The position numbers and the translations under genes are program-made. Positions 50,201-63,233 of a stretch of DNA of 64,000 nucleotides are shown here, in pieces. Position 1 is the stretch's first letter. Each line of letters begins with the position of its first letter. This stretch comes from Eledone cirrhosa (Eukaryota): the NCBI GenBank assembly GCA_964016885.1, contig OZ024743.1, positions 378,634,001 to 378,698,000 on the forward strand, read 5' to 3'. A model generated the notes under the pieces. The model had not been told where the DNA came from and ran no database searches. It saw nothing but the letters and a program-made list of their open reading frames with translations.

Positions 50201-53200
50201 TGGTGGTCTGTCTATTAGGAGACAGGGTTCTCCCATATTGTCCAGGTATATATCATTGTAGTAGTGGTGGTGGTCTGTCTATTAGGAGACAGGGTTTTCC
50301 TACATTGTCCAGGTATATATCATTCTAGTAGTGGTGGTGGTCTGTCTATTAGGAGACAGGGTTCTCCTACATTGTCCAGGTATATATCATTGTAGTAGTG
50401 GTGGTGGTCTGTCTATTAGGAGACAGGGTTCTCCCATATTGTCCAGGTATATATCATTGTAGTAGTGGTGGTGGTCTGTCTATTAGGAGACAGGGTTTTC
50501 CTACATTGTCCAGGTATATATCATTGTAGTAGTGGTGGTGGTCTGTCTATTAGGAGACAGGGTTCTCCTACATTGTCCAGGTATATATCATTGTAGTAGT
50601 GGTGGTGGTCTGTCTATTAGGAGACAGAGTTTTCCTACATTGTCCAGGTATATATCATTGTAGAAGTGGTGGTGGTCTGTCTATTAGGAGACAGGGTTCT
50701 CCTACATTGTCCAGGTATATATCATTGTAGTAGTGGTGGTGGTCTGTCTATTAGGAGACAGGGTTTTCCTACATTGTCCAGGTATATATCATTGTAGTAG
50801 TGGTGGTGGTCTGTCTATTAGGAGACAGGGTTCTCCCATATTGTCCAGGTATATATCATTGTAGAAGTGGTGGTGGTCTGTTTATTAGGAGACATGGTCT
50901 CCCATATTGTCCAGGTATATATCATTGTAATAGTGGTGGTGGTCTGTCTATTAGGAGACAGGGTCTCCCATATTGTCCAGGTATATATCATTGTAGAAGT
51001 GGTGGTGGTCTGTCTATTAGGAGACAGGGTACTCCTACATTGTCCAGGTATATATCATTGTAGTAGTGGTGGTGGTGGTCTGTCTATTAGGAGACAGGGT
51101 TCTCCTACATTGTCCAGGTATATATCATTGTAGTAGTGGTGGTGGTCTGTTTATTAGGAGACAGGGTTTTCCTACATTGTCCAGGTATATAACATTGTAG
51201 AAGTGGTGGTGGTCTGTCTATTAGGAGACAGGGTTCTCCTACATTGTCCAGGTATATAACATTGTAGAAGTGGTGGTGGTCTGTCTATTAGGAGACAGGG
51301 TTCTCCTACATTGTCCAGGTATATAACATTGTAGTAGTGGTGGTGGTCTATTTATTAGGAGACAGGGTTCTCCTACATTGTCCAGGTATATAACATTGTA
51401 GAAGTGGTGGTGGTCTGTTTATTAGGAGACAGGGTTCTCCTACATTGTCCAGGTATATATCATGGTAGTAGTGGTGGTGGTCTGTCTATTAGGAGACAGG
51501 GTTCTCCCATATTGTCCAGGTATATATCATTGTAGAATGGTGGTGGTCTGTTTATTAGGAGACAGGGTTCTCCTACATTGTTCAGGTATATAACATTGTA
51601 GAAGTGGTGGTGGTCTGTTTATTAGGAGACAGGGTTCTCCCATATTGTCCAGGTATATAACATTGTAGAAGTGGTGGTGGTCTGTTTATTAAGAGACAGG
51701 GTTCTCCTACATTGTCCAGGTATATATCATTGTAGTAGTGGTGGTGGTCTGTCTATTAGGAGACAGGGTTCTCTCATATTGTCCAGGTATATATCATTGT
51801 AGAATGGTGGCGGTCTGTTTATTAGGAGACAGGGTTCTCCTACATTGTCCAGGTATATATCATTGTAGTAGTGGTGGTGGTCTGTTTATTAGGAGACAGG
51901 GTTCTCCTACATTGTCCAGGTATATATCATTGTAGTAGTGGTGGTGGTCTGTTTATTAGGAGACAGGGTTCTCCTACATTGTCCAGGTATATATCATTGT
52001 AGTAGTGGTGGTGGTCTGTTTATTAGGAGACAGGGTTCTCCTACATTGTCCAGGTATATATCATTGTAGTAGTGGTGGTGGTCTGTTTATTAGGAGACAG
52101 GGTTCTCCTACATTGTCCAGGTATATATCATTGTAGAATGGTGGTGGTCTGTTTATTAGGAGACAGGGTTCTCCTACATTGTCCAGGTATATATCATTAT
52201 AGTAGTGGTGGTGGTCTGTCTATTAGGAGACAGGGTTCTCCTACATTGTCCAGGTATATATCATTGTAGTAGTGGTGGTGGTCTGTCTATTAGGAGACAG
52301 GGTTCTCCTACATTGTCCAGGTATATATCATTGTAGTAGCGGTGGCGGTCTGTCTATTAGGAGACAGGGTTCTCCCATATTGTCCAGGTATATATCATAG
52401 TAGAAGTGGTGGTGGTCTGTCTATTAGGAGACAGGGTACTCCTACATTGTCCAGCTATATATCATTGTAGTAGTGGTGGTGGTCTGTCTATTAGGAGACA
52501 GGGTTCTCCCATATTGTCCAGGTATATATCATAGTAGAAGTGGTGGTGGTCTGTCTATTAGGAGACAGGGTACTCCTACATTGTCCAGGTATATATCATG
52601 GTAGTAGTGGTGGTGGTCTGTCTATTAGGAGACAGGGTTCTCCTACATTGTCCAGGTATATATCATTGTAGTAGTGGTGGTGGTCTGTTTATTAGGAGAC
52701 AGGGTTCTCCTACATTGTCCAGGTATATATCATTGTAGTAGTGGTGGTGGTCTGTCTATTAGGAGACAGGGTTCTCCTACATTGTCCAGGTATATATCAT
52801 TGTAGAAGTGGTGGTGGTCTGTCTATTAGGAGACAGGGTTTTCCTACATTGTCCAGGTATATATCATTGTAGTAGTGGTGGTGGTCTGTCTATTAGGAGA
52901 CAGGGTTCTCCTACATTGTCCAGGTATATATCATTGTAGTAGTGGTGGTGGTCTGTCTATTAGCAGACAGGGTTCTCCTACATTGTCCAGGTATATATCA
53001 TTGTAGTAGTGGTGGTGGTCTGTCTATTAGGAGACAGGGTTCTCCTACATTGTCCAGGTATATATCATTGTAGTAGTGGTGGTGGTCTGTCTATTAGGAG
53101 ACAGGGTTTTCCTACATTGTCCAGGTATATATCATTGTAGTAGTGGTGGTGGTCTGTCTATTAGGAGACAGGGTTTTCCTACATTGTCCAGGTATATATC

Positions 53201-56200
53201 ATTGTAGTAGTGGTGGTGGTCTGTCTATTAGGAGACAGGGTTCTCCTACATTGTCCAGGTATATAACATTGTAGAAGTGGTGGTGGTCTGTCTATTAGGA
53301 GACAGGGTTCTCCCATATTGTCCAGGTATATATCATTGTAGAATGGTGGTGGTCTGTTTATTAGGAGACAGGGTTCTCCTACATTGTTCAGGTATATAAC
53401 ATTGTAGAAGTGGTGGTGGTCTGTTTATTAGGAGACAGGGTTCTCCCATATTGTCCAGGTATATAACATTGTAGAAGTGGTGGTGGTCTGTTTATTAAGA
53501 GACAGGGTTCTCCTACATTGTCCAGGTATATATCATTGTAGTAGTGGTGGTGGTCTGTCTATTAGGAGACAGGGTTCTCCCATATTGTCCAGGTATATAT
53601 CATTGTAGAATGGTGGTGGTCTGTTTATTAGGAGACAGGGTTCTCCTACATTGTTCAGGTATATAACATTGTAGAAGTGGTGGTGGTCTGTTTATTAAGA
53701 GACAGGGTTCTCCTACATTGTCCAGGTATATATCATTGTAGTAGTGGTGGTGGTCTGTCTATTAGGAGACAGGGTTCTCCTACATTGTCCAGGTATATAT
53801 CATTGTAGTAGCGGTGGCGGTCTGTCTATTAGGAGACAGGGTTCTCCCATATTGTCCAGGTATATATCATAGTAGAAGTGGTGGTGGTCTGTCTATTAGG
53901 AGACAGGGTACTCCTACATTGTCCAGCTATATATCATTGTAGTAGTGGTGGTGGTCTGTCTATTAGGAGACAGGGTTCTCCCATATTGTCCAGGTATATA
54001 TCATTGTAGTAGTGGTGGTGGTCTGTTTATTAGGAGACAGGGTTCTCCTACATTGTCCAGGTATATATCATTGTAGTAGTGGTGGTGCTCTGTCTATTAG
54101 GAGACAGGGTTCTCCTACATTGTCCAGGTATATATCATTGTAGAAGTGGTGGTGGTCTGTCTATTAGGAGACAGGGTTTTCCTACATTGTCCAGGTATAT
54201 ATCATTGTAGTAGTGGTGGTGGTCTGTCTATTAGGAGACAGGGTTCTCCTACATTGTCCAGGTATATATCATTGTAGTAGTGGTGGTGGTCTGTCTATTA
54301 GGAGACAGGGTTCTCCTACATTGTCCAGGTATATATCATTGTAGTAGTGGTGGTGGTCTGTCTATTAGGAGACAGGGTTTTCCTACATTGTCCAGGTATA
54401 TATCATTGTAGTAGTGGTGGTGGTCTGTCTATTAGGAGACAGGGTTCTCCTACATTGTCCAGGTATATAACATTGTAGATGTGTTGGTGGTCTGTTTATT
54501 AGGAGACAGGGTTCTCCTACATTGTCCAGGTATATATCATTGTAGTAGTGGTGGTGGTCTGTCTATTAGGAGACAGGGTTCTCCTACATTGTCCAGGTAT
54601 ATATCATTGTAGTAGTGGTGGTGGTCTGTCTATTAGGAGACAGGGTTCTCCTACATTGTCCAGGTATATATCATTGTAGAATGGTGGTGGTCTGTTTATT
54701 AGGAGACAGGGTTCTCCTACATTGTTCAGGTATATATCATTGTAGTAGTGGTGGTGGTCTGTTTATTAGGAGACAGGGTTCTCCTACATTGTCCAGGTAT
54801 ATATCATTGTAGTAGTGGTGGTGGTCTGTCTATTAGGAGACAGGGTTCTCCCATATTGTCCAGGTATATATCATTGTAGTAGTGGTGGTGGTCTGTCTAT
54901 TAGGAGACAGGGTACTCCTACATTGTCCAGGTATATATCATTGTAGAAGTGGTGGTGGTCTGTTTATTAGGAGACAGGGTTCTCCCATATTGTCCAGGTA
55001 TATAACATTGTAGAAGTGGTGGTGGTCTGTTTATTAAGAGACAGGGTTCTCCTACATTGTCCAGGTATATATCATTGTAGTAGTGGTGGTGGTCTGTCTA
55101 TTAGGAGACAGGGTTCTCCCATATTGTCCAGGTATATATCATTGTAGAATGGTGGTGGTCTGTTTATTAGGAGACAGGGTTCTCCTACATTGTTCAGGTA
55201 TATAACATTGTAGAAGTGGTGGTGGTCTGTTTATTAAGAGACAGGGTTCTCCTACATTGTCCAGGTATATATCATTGTAGTAGTGGTGGTGGTCTGTCTA
55301 TTAGGAGACAGGGTTCTCCTACATTGTCCAGGTATATATCATTGTAGTAGCGGTGGCGGTCTGTCTATTAGAAGACAGGGTTCTCCCATATTGTCCAGGT
55401 ATATATCATAGTAGAAGTGGTGGTGGTCTGTCTATTAGGAGACAGGGTACTCCTACATTGTCCAGCTATATATCATTGTAGTAGTGGTGGTGGTCTGTCT
55501 ATTAGGAGACAGGGTTCTCCCATATTGTCCAGGTATATATCATTGTAGTAGTGGTGGTGGTCTGTTTATTAGGAGACAGGGTTCTCCTACATTGTCCAGG
55601 TATATATCATTGTAGAAGTGGTGGTGGTCTGTCTATTAGGAGACAGGGTTTTCCTACATTGTCCAGGTATATATCATTGTAGTAGTGGTGGTGGTCTGTC
55701 TATTAGGAGACAGGGTTTTCCTACATTGTCCAGGTATATATCATTGTAGTAGTGGTGGTGGTCTGTCTATTAGGAGACAGGGTTCTCCTACATTGTCCAG
55801 GTATATATCATTGTAGTAGTGGTGGTGGTCTGTCTATTAGCAGACAGGGTTCTCCTACATTGTCCAGGTATATATCATTGTAGTAGTGGTGGTGGTCTGT
55901 CTATTAGGAGACAGGGTTCTCCTACATTGTCCAGGTATATATCATTGTAGTAGTGGTGGTGGTCTGTCTATTAGGAGACAGGGTTTTCCTACATTGTCCA
56001 GGTATATATCATTGTAGTAGTGGTGGTGGTCTGTCTATTAGGAGACAGGGTTCTCCTACATTGTCCAGGTATATAACATTGTAGAAGTGGTGGTGGTCTG
56101 TTTATTAGGAGACAGGGTTCTCCTACATTGTCCAGGTATATATCATGGTAGTAGTGGTGGTGGTCTGTCTATTAGGAGACAGGGTTCTCCCATATTGTCC

Positions 56201-59200
56201 AGGTATATATCATTGTAGTAGTGGTGGTGGTCTGTCTATTAGGAGACAGGGTTCTCCTACATTGTTCAGGTATATAACATTGTAGAAGTGGTGGTGGTCT
56301 GTTTATTAAGAGACAGGGTTCTCCTACATTGTCCAGGTATATATCATTGTAGTAGTGGTGGTGGTCTGTCTATTAGGAGACAGGGTTCTCCTACATTGTC
56401 CAGGTATATATCATTGTAGTAGTGGTGGTGGTCTGTTTATTAGGAGACAGGGTTCTCCTACATTGTCCAGGTATATATCATTGTAGTAGTGGTGGTGGTC
56501 TGTCTATTAGGAGACAGGGTTCTCCTACATTGTCCAGGTATATAACATTGTAGAAGTGGTGGTGGTCTGTTTATTAGGAGACAGGGTTCTCCTACATTGT
56601 CCAGGTATATATCATGGTAGTAGTGGTGGTGGTCTGTCTATTAGGAGACAGGGTTCTCCCATATTGTCCAGGTATATATCATTGTAGTAGTGGTGGTGGT
56701 CTGTCTATTAGGAGACAGGGTACTCCTACATTGTCCAGGTATATATCATTGTAGAAGTGGTGGTGGTCTGTTTATTAGGAGACAGGGTTCTCCCATATTG
56801 TCCAGGTATATAACATTGTAGAAGTGGTGGTGGTCTGTTTATTAAGAGACAGGGTTCTCCTACATTGTCCAGGTATATATCATTGTAGTAGTGGTGGTGG
56901 TCTGTCTATTAGGAGACAGGGTTCTCCCATATTGTCCAGGTATATATCATTGTAGAATGGTGGTGGTCTGTTTATTAGGAGACAGGGTTCTCCTACATTG
57001 TTCAGGTATATAACATTGTAGAAGTGGTGGTGGTCTGTTTATTAAGAGACAGGGTTCTCCTACATTGTCCAGGTATATATCATTGTAGTAGTGGTGGTGG
57101 TCTGTCTATTAGGAGACAGGGTTCTCCTACATTGTCCAGGTATATATCATTGTAGTAGCGGTGGCGGTCTGTCTATTAGAAGACAGGGTTCTCCCATATT
57201 GTCCAGGTATATATCATAGTAGAAGTGGTGGTGGTCTGTCTATTAGGAGACAGGGTACTCCTACATTGTCCAGCTATATATCATTGTAGTAGTGGTGGTG
57301 GTCTGTCTATTAGGAGACAGGGTTCTCCCATATTGTCCAGGTATATATCATTGTAGTAGTGGTGGTGGTCTGTTTATTAGGAGACAGGGTTCTCCTACAT
57401 TGTCCAGGTATATATCATTGTAGAAGTGGTGGTGGTCTGTCTATTAGGAGACAGGGTTTTCCTACATTGTCCAGGTATATATCATTGTAGTAGTGGTGGT
57501 GGTCTGTCTATTAGGAGACAGGGTTTTCCTACATTGTCCAGGTATATATCATTGTAGTAGTGGTGGTGGTCTGTCTATTAGGAGACAGGGTTCTCCTACA
57601 TTGTCCAGGTATATATCATTGTAGTAGTGGTGGTGGTCTGTCTATTAGCATACAGGGTTCTCCTACATTGTCCAGGTATATATCATTGTAGTAGTGGTGG
57701 TGGTCTGTCTATTAGGAGACAGGGTTCTCCTACATTGTCCAGGTATATATCATTGTAGTAGTGGTGGTGGTCTGTCTATTAGGAGACAGGGTTTTCCTAC
57801 ATTGTCCAGGTATATATCATTGTAGTAGTGGTGGTGGTCTGTCTATTAGGAGACAGGGTTCTCCTACATTGTCCAGGTATATAACATTGTAGAAGTGGTG
57901 GTGGTCTGTTTATTAGGAGACAGGGTTCTCCTACATTGTCCAGGTATATATCATGGTAGTAGTGGTGGTGGTCTGTCTATTAGGAGACAGGGTTCTCCCA
58001 TATTGTCCAGGTATATATCATTGTAGTAGTGGTGGTGGTCTGTCTATTAGGAGACAGGGTTCTCCTACATTGTTCAGGTATATAACATTGTAGAAGTGGT
58101 GGTGGTCTGTTTATTAAGAGACAGGGTTCTCCTACATTGTCCAGGTATATATCATTGTAGTAGTGGTGGTGGTCTGTCTATTAGGAGACAGGGTTCTCCT
58201 ACATTGTCCAGGTATATATCATTGTAGTAGTGGTGGTGGTCTGTTTATTAGGAGACAGGGTTCTCCTACATTGTCCAGGTATATATCATTGTAGTAGTGG
58301 TGGTGGTCTGTCTATTAGGAGACAGGGTTCTCCTACATTGTCCAGGTATATAACATTGTAGAAGTGGTGGTGGTCTGTTTATTAGGAGACAGGGTTCTCC
58401 TACATTGTCCAGGTATATATCATGGTAGTAGTGGTGGTGGTCTGTCTATTAGGAGACAGGGTTCTCCCATATTGTCCAGGTATATATCATTGTAGAATGG
58501 TGGTGGTCTGTTTATTAGGAGACAGGGTTCTCCTACATTGTTCAGGTATATAACATTGTAGAAGTGGTGGTGGTCTGTTTATTAAGAGACAGGGTTCTCC
58601 TACATTGTCCAGGTATATATCATTGTAGTAGTGGTGGTCTGTCTATTAGGAGACAGGGTTCTCCTACATTGTCCAGGTATATATCATTGTAGTAGTGGTG
58701 GTGGTCTGTTTATTAGGAGACAGGGTTCTCCCATATTGTCCAGGTATATATCATTGTAGAAGTGGTGGTGGTCTGTTTATTAGGAGACAGGGTTCTCCTA
58801 CATTGTCCAGGTATATATCATTGTAGTAGTGGTGGTGGTCTGTCTATTAGGAGACAGGGTTCTCCTACATTGTCCAGGTATATATCATTGTAGTAGTGGT
58901 GGTGGTCTGTCTATTAGGAGACAGGGTTTTCCTACATTGTCCAGGTATATATCATTGTAGTAGTGGTGGTGGTCTGTCTATTAGGAGACAGGGTTCTCCT
59001 ACATTGTCCAGGCATATATCATTGTAGTAGTGGTGGTGGTCTGTTTATTAGGAGACAGGGTACTCCTACATTGTCCAGGTATATATCATTGTAGAAGTGG
59101 TAGTGGTCTGTCTATTAGGAGACAGGGTACTCCTACATTGTCCAGGTATATATCATTGTAGAAGTGGTGGTAGTCTGTTTATTAGGAGACAGGGTTCTCC

Positions 59201-62200
59201 TACATTGTCCAGGTATATATCATTGTAGAAGTGGTGGTGGTCTGTCTATTAGGAGACAGGGTTCTCTTACATTGTCCAGGTATATATCATTGTAGAAGTG
59301 GTGGTGGTCTGTTTATTAGGAGACAGGGTTCTCCTACATTGTCCAGGTATATATCATTGTAGTAGTGGTGGTGGTCTGTTTATTAGGAGACAGGGTTCTC
59401 CTACATTGTCCAGGTATATATCATTGTAGAAGTGGTGGTGGTCTGTCTATTAGGAGACAGGGTCTCCCATATTGTCCAGGTATATATCATTGTAATAGTG
59501 GTGGTGGTCTGTCTATTAGGAGACAGGGTCTCCCATATTGTCCAGGTATATATCATTGTAATAGTGGTGGTGGTCTGTCTATTAGGAGACAGGGTCTCCC
59601 ATATTGTCCAGGTATATATCATTGTAGTAGTGGTGGTGGTCTGTCTATTAGGAGAAAGGGTTCTCCTACATTGTCCAGGTATATTTCATTGTAGAAGTGG
59701 TGGTGGTCTGTCTATTAGCAGACAGGGTCTCCCATATTGTCCAGGTATATATCATGGTAGTAGTGATGGTGGTCTGTCTATTAGGAGACAGGGTTCTCCC
59801 ATATTGTCCAGGTATATATCATTGTAGTAGTGGTGGTGGTCTGTCTATTAGGAGACAGGGTTCTCCTACATTGTCCAGGTATATATCATTGTAGAAGTGG
59901 TGGTGGTCTGTCTATTAGGAGACAGGGTTCTCCCATATTGTCCAGGTATATATCATTGTAGTAGTGGTGGTGGTCTGTCTATTAGGAGACAGGGTCTCCC
60001 ATATTATCCAGGTATATATCATTGTAATAGTGGTGGTTGTCTGTCTATTAGGAGACAGGGTCTCCCATATTGTCCAGGTATATATCATTGTAATAGTGGT
60101 GGTGGTCTGTCTATTAGGAGACAGGGTCTCCCATATTGTCCAGGTATATATCATTGTAATAGTGGTGGTGGTCTGTCTATTAGGAGACAGGGTTCTCCTA
60201 CATTGTCCAGGTATATATCATTGTAGTAGTGGTGGTGGTCTGTCTATTAGGAGACAGGGTTCTCCTACATTGTCCAGGTATATATCATTGTAGTAGTGGT
60301 GGTGGTCTGTCTATTAGGAGACAGGGTTCTCCTACATTGTCCAGGTATATATCATTGTAGTAGTGGTGGTGGTCTGTCTATTAGGAGACAGGGTTCTCCT
60401 ACATTGTCCAGGTATATATCATTGTAGTAGTGGTGGTGGTCTGTCTATTAGGAGACAGGGTTCTCCTACATTGTCCAGGTATATATCATTGTAGTAGTGG
60501 TGGTGGTCTGTCTATTAGAAGACAGGGTCTCCCATATTGTCCAGGTATATATCATGGTAGTAGTGATGGTGGTCTGTCTATTAGGAGACAGGGTTCTCCC
60601 ATATTGTCCAGGTATATATCATTGTAGAAGTGGTGGTGGTCTGTTTATTAGGAGACAGGGTTCTCCTACATTGTCCAGGTATATATCATTGTAGTAGTGG
60701 TGGTGGTGGTCTGTCTATTAGGAGACAGGGTTCTCCCATATTGTCCAGGTATATATCATTGTAGAAGTGGTGGTGGTCTGTCTATTAGGAGACAGGGTTC
60801 TCCTACATTGTCCAGGTATATATCATGGTAGTAGTGGTGGTGGTCTGTCTATTAGGAGACAGGGTTCTCCCATATTGTCCAGGTATATATCATTGTAGAA
60901 TGGTGGTGGTCTGTTTATTAGGAGACAGGGTTCTCCTACATTGTCCAGGTATATAACATTGTAGAAGTGGTGGTGGTCTGTTTATTAGGAGACAGGGTTC
61001 TCCCATATTGTCCAGGTATATAACATTGTAGAAGTGGTGGTGGTCTGTTTATTAAGAGACAGGGTTCTCCTACATTGTCCAGGTATATATCATTGTAGTA
61101 GTGGTGGTGGTCTGTCTATTAGGAGACAGGGTTCTCCCATATTGTCCAGGTATATATCATTGTAGAATGGTGGTGGTCTGTTTATTAGGAGACAGGGTTC
61201 TGCTACATTGTCCAGGTATATATCATTGTAGTAGTGGTGGTGGTCTGTTTATTAGGAGACAGGGTTCTCCCATATTGTCCAGGTATATATCATTGTAGTA
61301 GTGGTGGTGGTCTGTCTATTAGGAGACAGGGTTCTCCTACATTGTCCAGGTATATATCATTGTAGTAGTGGTGGTGGTCTGTGTATTAGGAGACAGGGTT
61401 CTCCTACATTGTCCAGGTATATATCATTGTAGTAGTGGTGGTGGTCTGTCTATTAGGAGACAGTGTTCTCCCATATTGTCCAGGTATATATCATAGTAGA
61501 AGTGGTGGTGGTCTGTCTATTAGGAGACAGGGTACCCCTACATTGTCCAGCTATATATCATTGTAGTAGTGGTGGTGGTCTGTCTATTAGGAGACAGGGT
61601 ACCCCTACATTGTCCAGGTATATATCATGGTAGTAGTGGTGGTGGTCTGTCTATTAGGAGACAGGGTTCTCCTACATTGTCCAGGTATATATCATTGTAG
61701 TAGTGGTGGTGGTGGTCTGTCTATTAGGAGACAGGGTTCTCCCATATTGTCCAGGTATATATCATTGTAGAAGTGGTGGTGGTCTGTCTATTAGGAGACA
61801 GGGTTCTCCTACATTGTCCAGGTATATAACATCGTAGTAGTGATGGTGGTCTGTCTATTAGGAGACAGGGTTCTCCCATATTGTCCAGGTATATATCATT
61901 GTAGTAGTGATGGTGGTCTGTTTATTAGGAGACAGGGTTCTCCCATATTGTCCAGGTATATATCATTGTAGAAGTGGTGGTGGTCTGTTTATTAGGAGAC
62001 AGGGTTCTCCCATATTGTCCAGGTATATATCATTGTAGAAGTGGTGGTGGTCTGTTTATTAGGAGACAGGGTTCTCCCATATTGTCCAGGTATATAACAT
62101 TGTAGAAGTGGTGGTGGTCTGTTTGTTAGGAGACAGGGTTCTCCCATATTGTCCAGGTATATATCATTGTAGAAGTGGTGGTGGTCTGTTTATTAGGAGA

Positions 62201-62720
62201 CAAGGTTCTCCTACATTGTCCAGGTATATATCATTGTAGAAGTGGTGGTGGTCTGTGTATTAGGAGACAGGGTTCTCCCATATTGTCTAGGTATATAACA
62301 TTGTAGAAGTGGTGGTGGTCTGTTTGTTAGGAGACAGGGTTCTCCCATATTGTCCAGGTATATATCATTGTAGAAGTGGTGGTGGTCTGTCTATTAGGAG
62401 ACAGGGTTCTCCTACATTGTCCAGGTATATATCATTGTAGAAGTGGTGGTGGTCTGTGTATTAGGAGACAGGGTTCTCCCATATTGTCCAGGTATATATC
62501 ATTGTAGTAGTGGTGGTGGTCTGTGTATTAGGAGACAGGCTTCTCCCATAGTGTCCAGGTATATCTCATTGTAGTAGTGGTGGTGGTCTGTTTATTAGGA
62601 GACAGTGTCCTCCTACATTGTCCAGGTATATATCATTGTAGTGATCAGTGAATTAGGAGACAGAGTTACCCCACATTGTCCAGAAATATATCATTGTGGT
62701 AGTGATGGGGGTGGTCTGTA
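23231..62720. repeat. Giant 67-bp tandem repeat (satellite), ~39.5 kb, ~590 copies, inside the elongase intron
   Basis: Consensus ATTGTCCAGGTATATATCATTGTAG(T/A)AGTGGTGGTGGTCTGT(C/T)TATTAGGAGACAGGGTTCTCC(TAC/CAT), repeated head-to-tail with no foreign insertion seen. First and last monomers are degenerate. Confidence 0.98.
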
Positions 62721-62744
62721 TAATTCTTCCTGCTTTTATTTATT

Positions 62745-62850
62745 TCTTCTTTGCCCACTTCTTCCTGAGAGGGTCAAGGGGGCAGAGTCCTCAAACATTC
62801 CTTCCAGTGGGTCCTGTTAGAAGCAACTGTCTCCAAATGATCCAACTGGA
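62745..62850 (-). mobile_element. 3' fragment of the Expander-like RTE family seen at 12470-12905
   Basis: cttcctgagagggtcaagggggcagagtcctcaaacattccttccag..agaagca..tctccaaatga aligns to the reverse complement of 12795-12900. Confidence 0.7.
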
Positions 62851-63013
62851 TCCCCAAGCTAGACTAACCAAGATCATGGATGTTATAGAAGGAAAAGAGT
62901 CTTAACGTTTTGGATGTTGGACATTCATTAGGAGAAAGAATGAGAAACAGACAAGAGTAAGAAACGAAAGGAAGAAAATCCATGTGTCTGTGTGTTTAGC
63001 CAGCTATTATATA

Positions 63014-63095
63014 TACAGGGTGTCCCTAAAAATGTATACATACTTCAACATCATTCTAATAAAAGTGCGTATACATTTTTGGAGGACATCCAGAG
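63014..63095. mobile_element. Tiny Tc1/mariner-type MITE
   Basis: tacagggtgtccctaaaaatgtatac ... gtatacatttttggaggacatccag imperfect TIRs. CAGGGTGT terminus preceded by TA. Confidence 0.6.
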
Positions 63096-63127
63096 ATAAA
63101 GAAAAAGTTTAAAAATGAAGCGTTTAC

Positions 63128-63233
63128 CTGGAACAAATTTTACTCCAAACCACCAAGATACTGGCATTATACCATGATGGAAGACATGAAGGAAAGATAC
63201 TTGATTCAATTTCTTTCTCAAAATAAAGAATAT
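63128..63233 (-). CDS. ELOVL7: ELOVL1/7-type very-long-chain fatty acid elongase, internal coding exon (106 bp) with histidine box
   Basis: Translates [35 protein letters not shown](G): ELO-family QxxFLHxxHH motif. Acceptor ttctattacag before 63233, donor gtaaac after 63128. Ends in phase 1, matching the next exon. Upstream exons lie beyond the window end. The symbol means ELOVL1/7-like; exact orthology was not tested. Confidence 0.92.

Noticed and set aside
23231-62720. CRISPR array or protein-coding repeat (many MVVVCLLGDRV.. ORFs)
   Set aside because: Monomers are contiguous with no unique spacers, there are no cas genes and the context is eukaryotic. The unit of 67 is not a multiple of 3, so the short ORFs just cycle through frames and stop at TAG.
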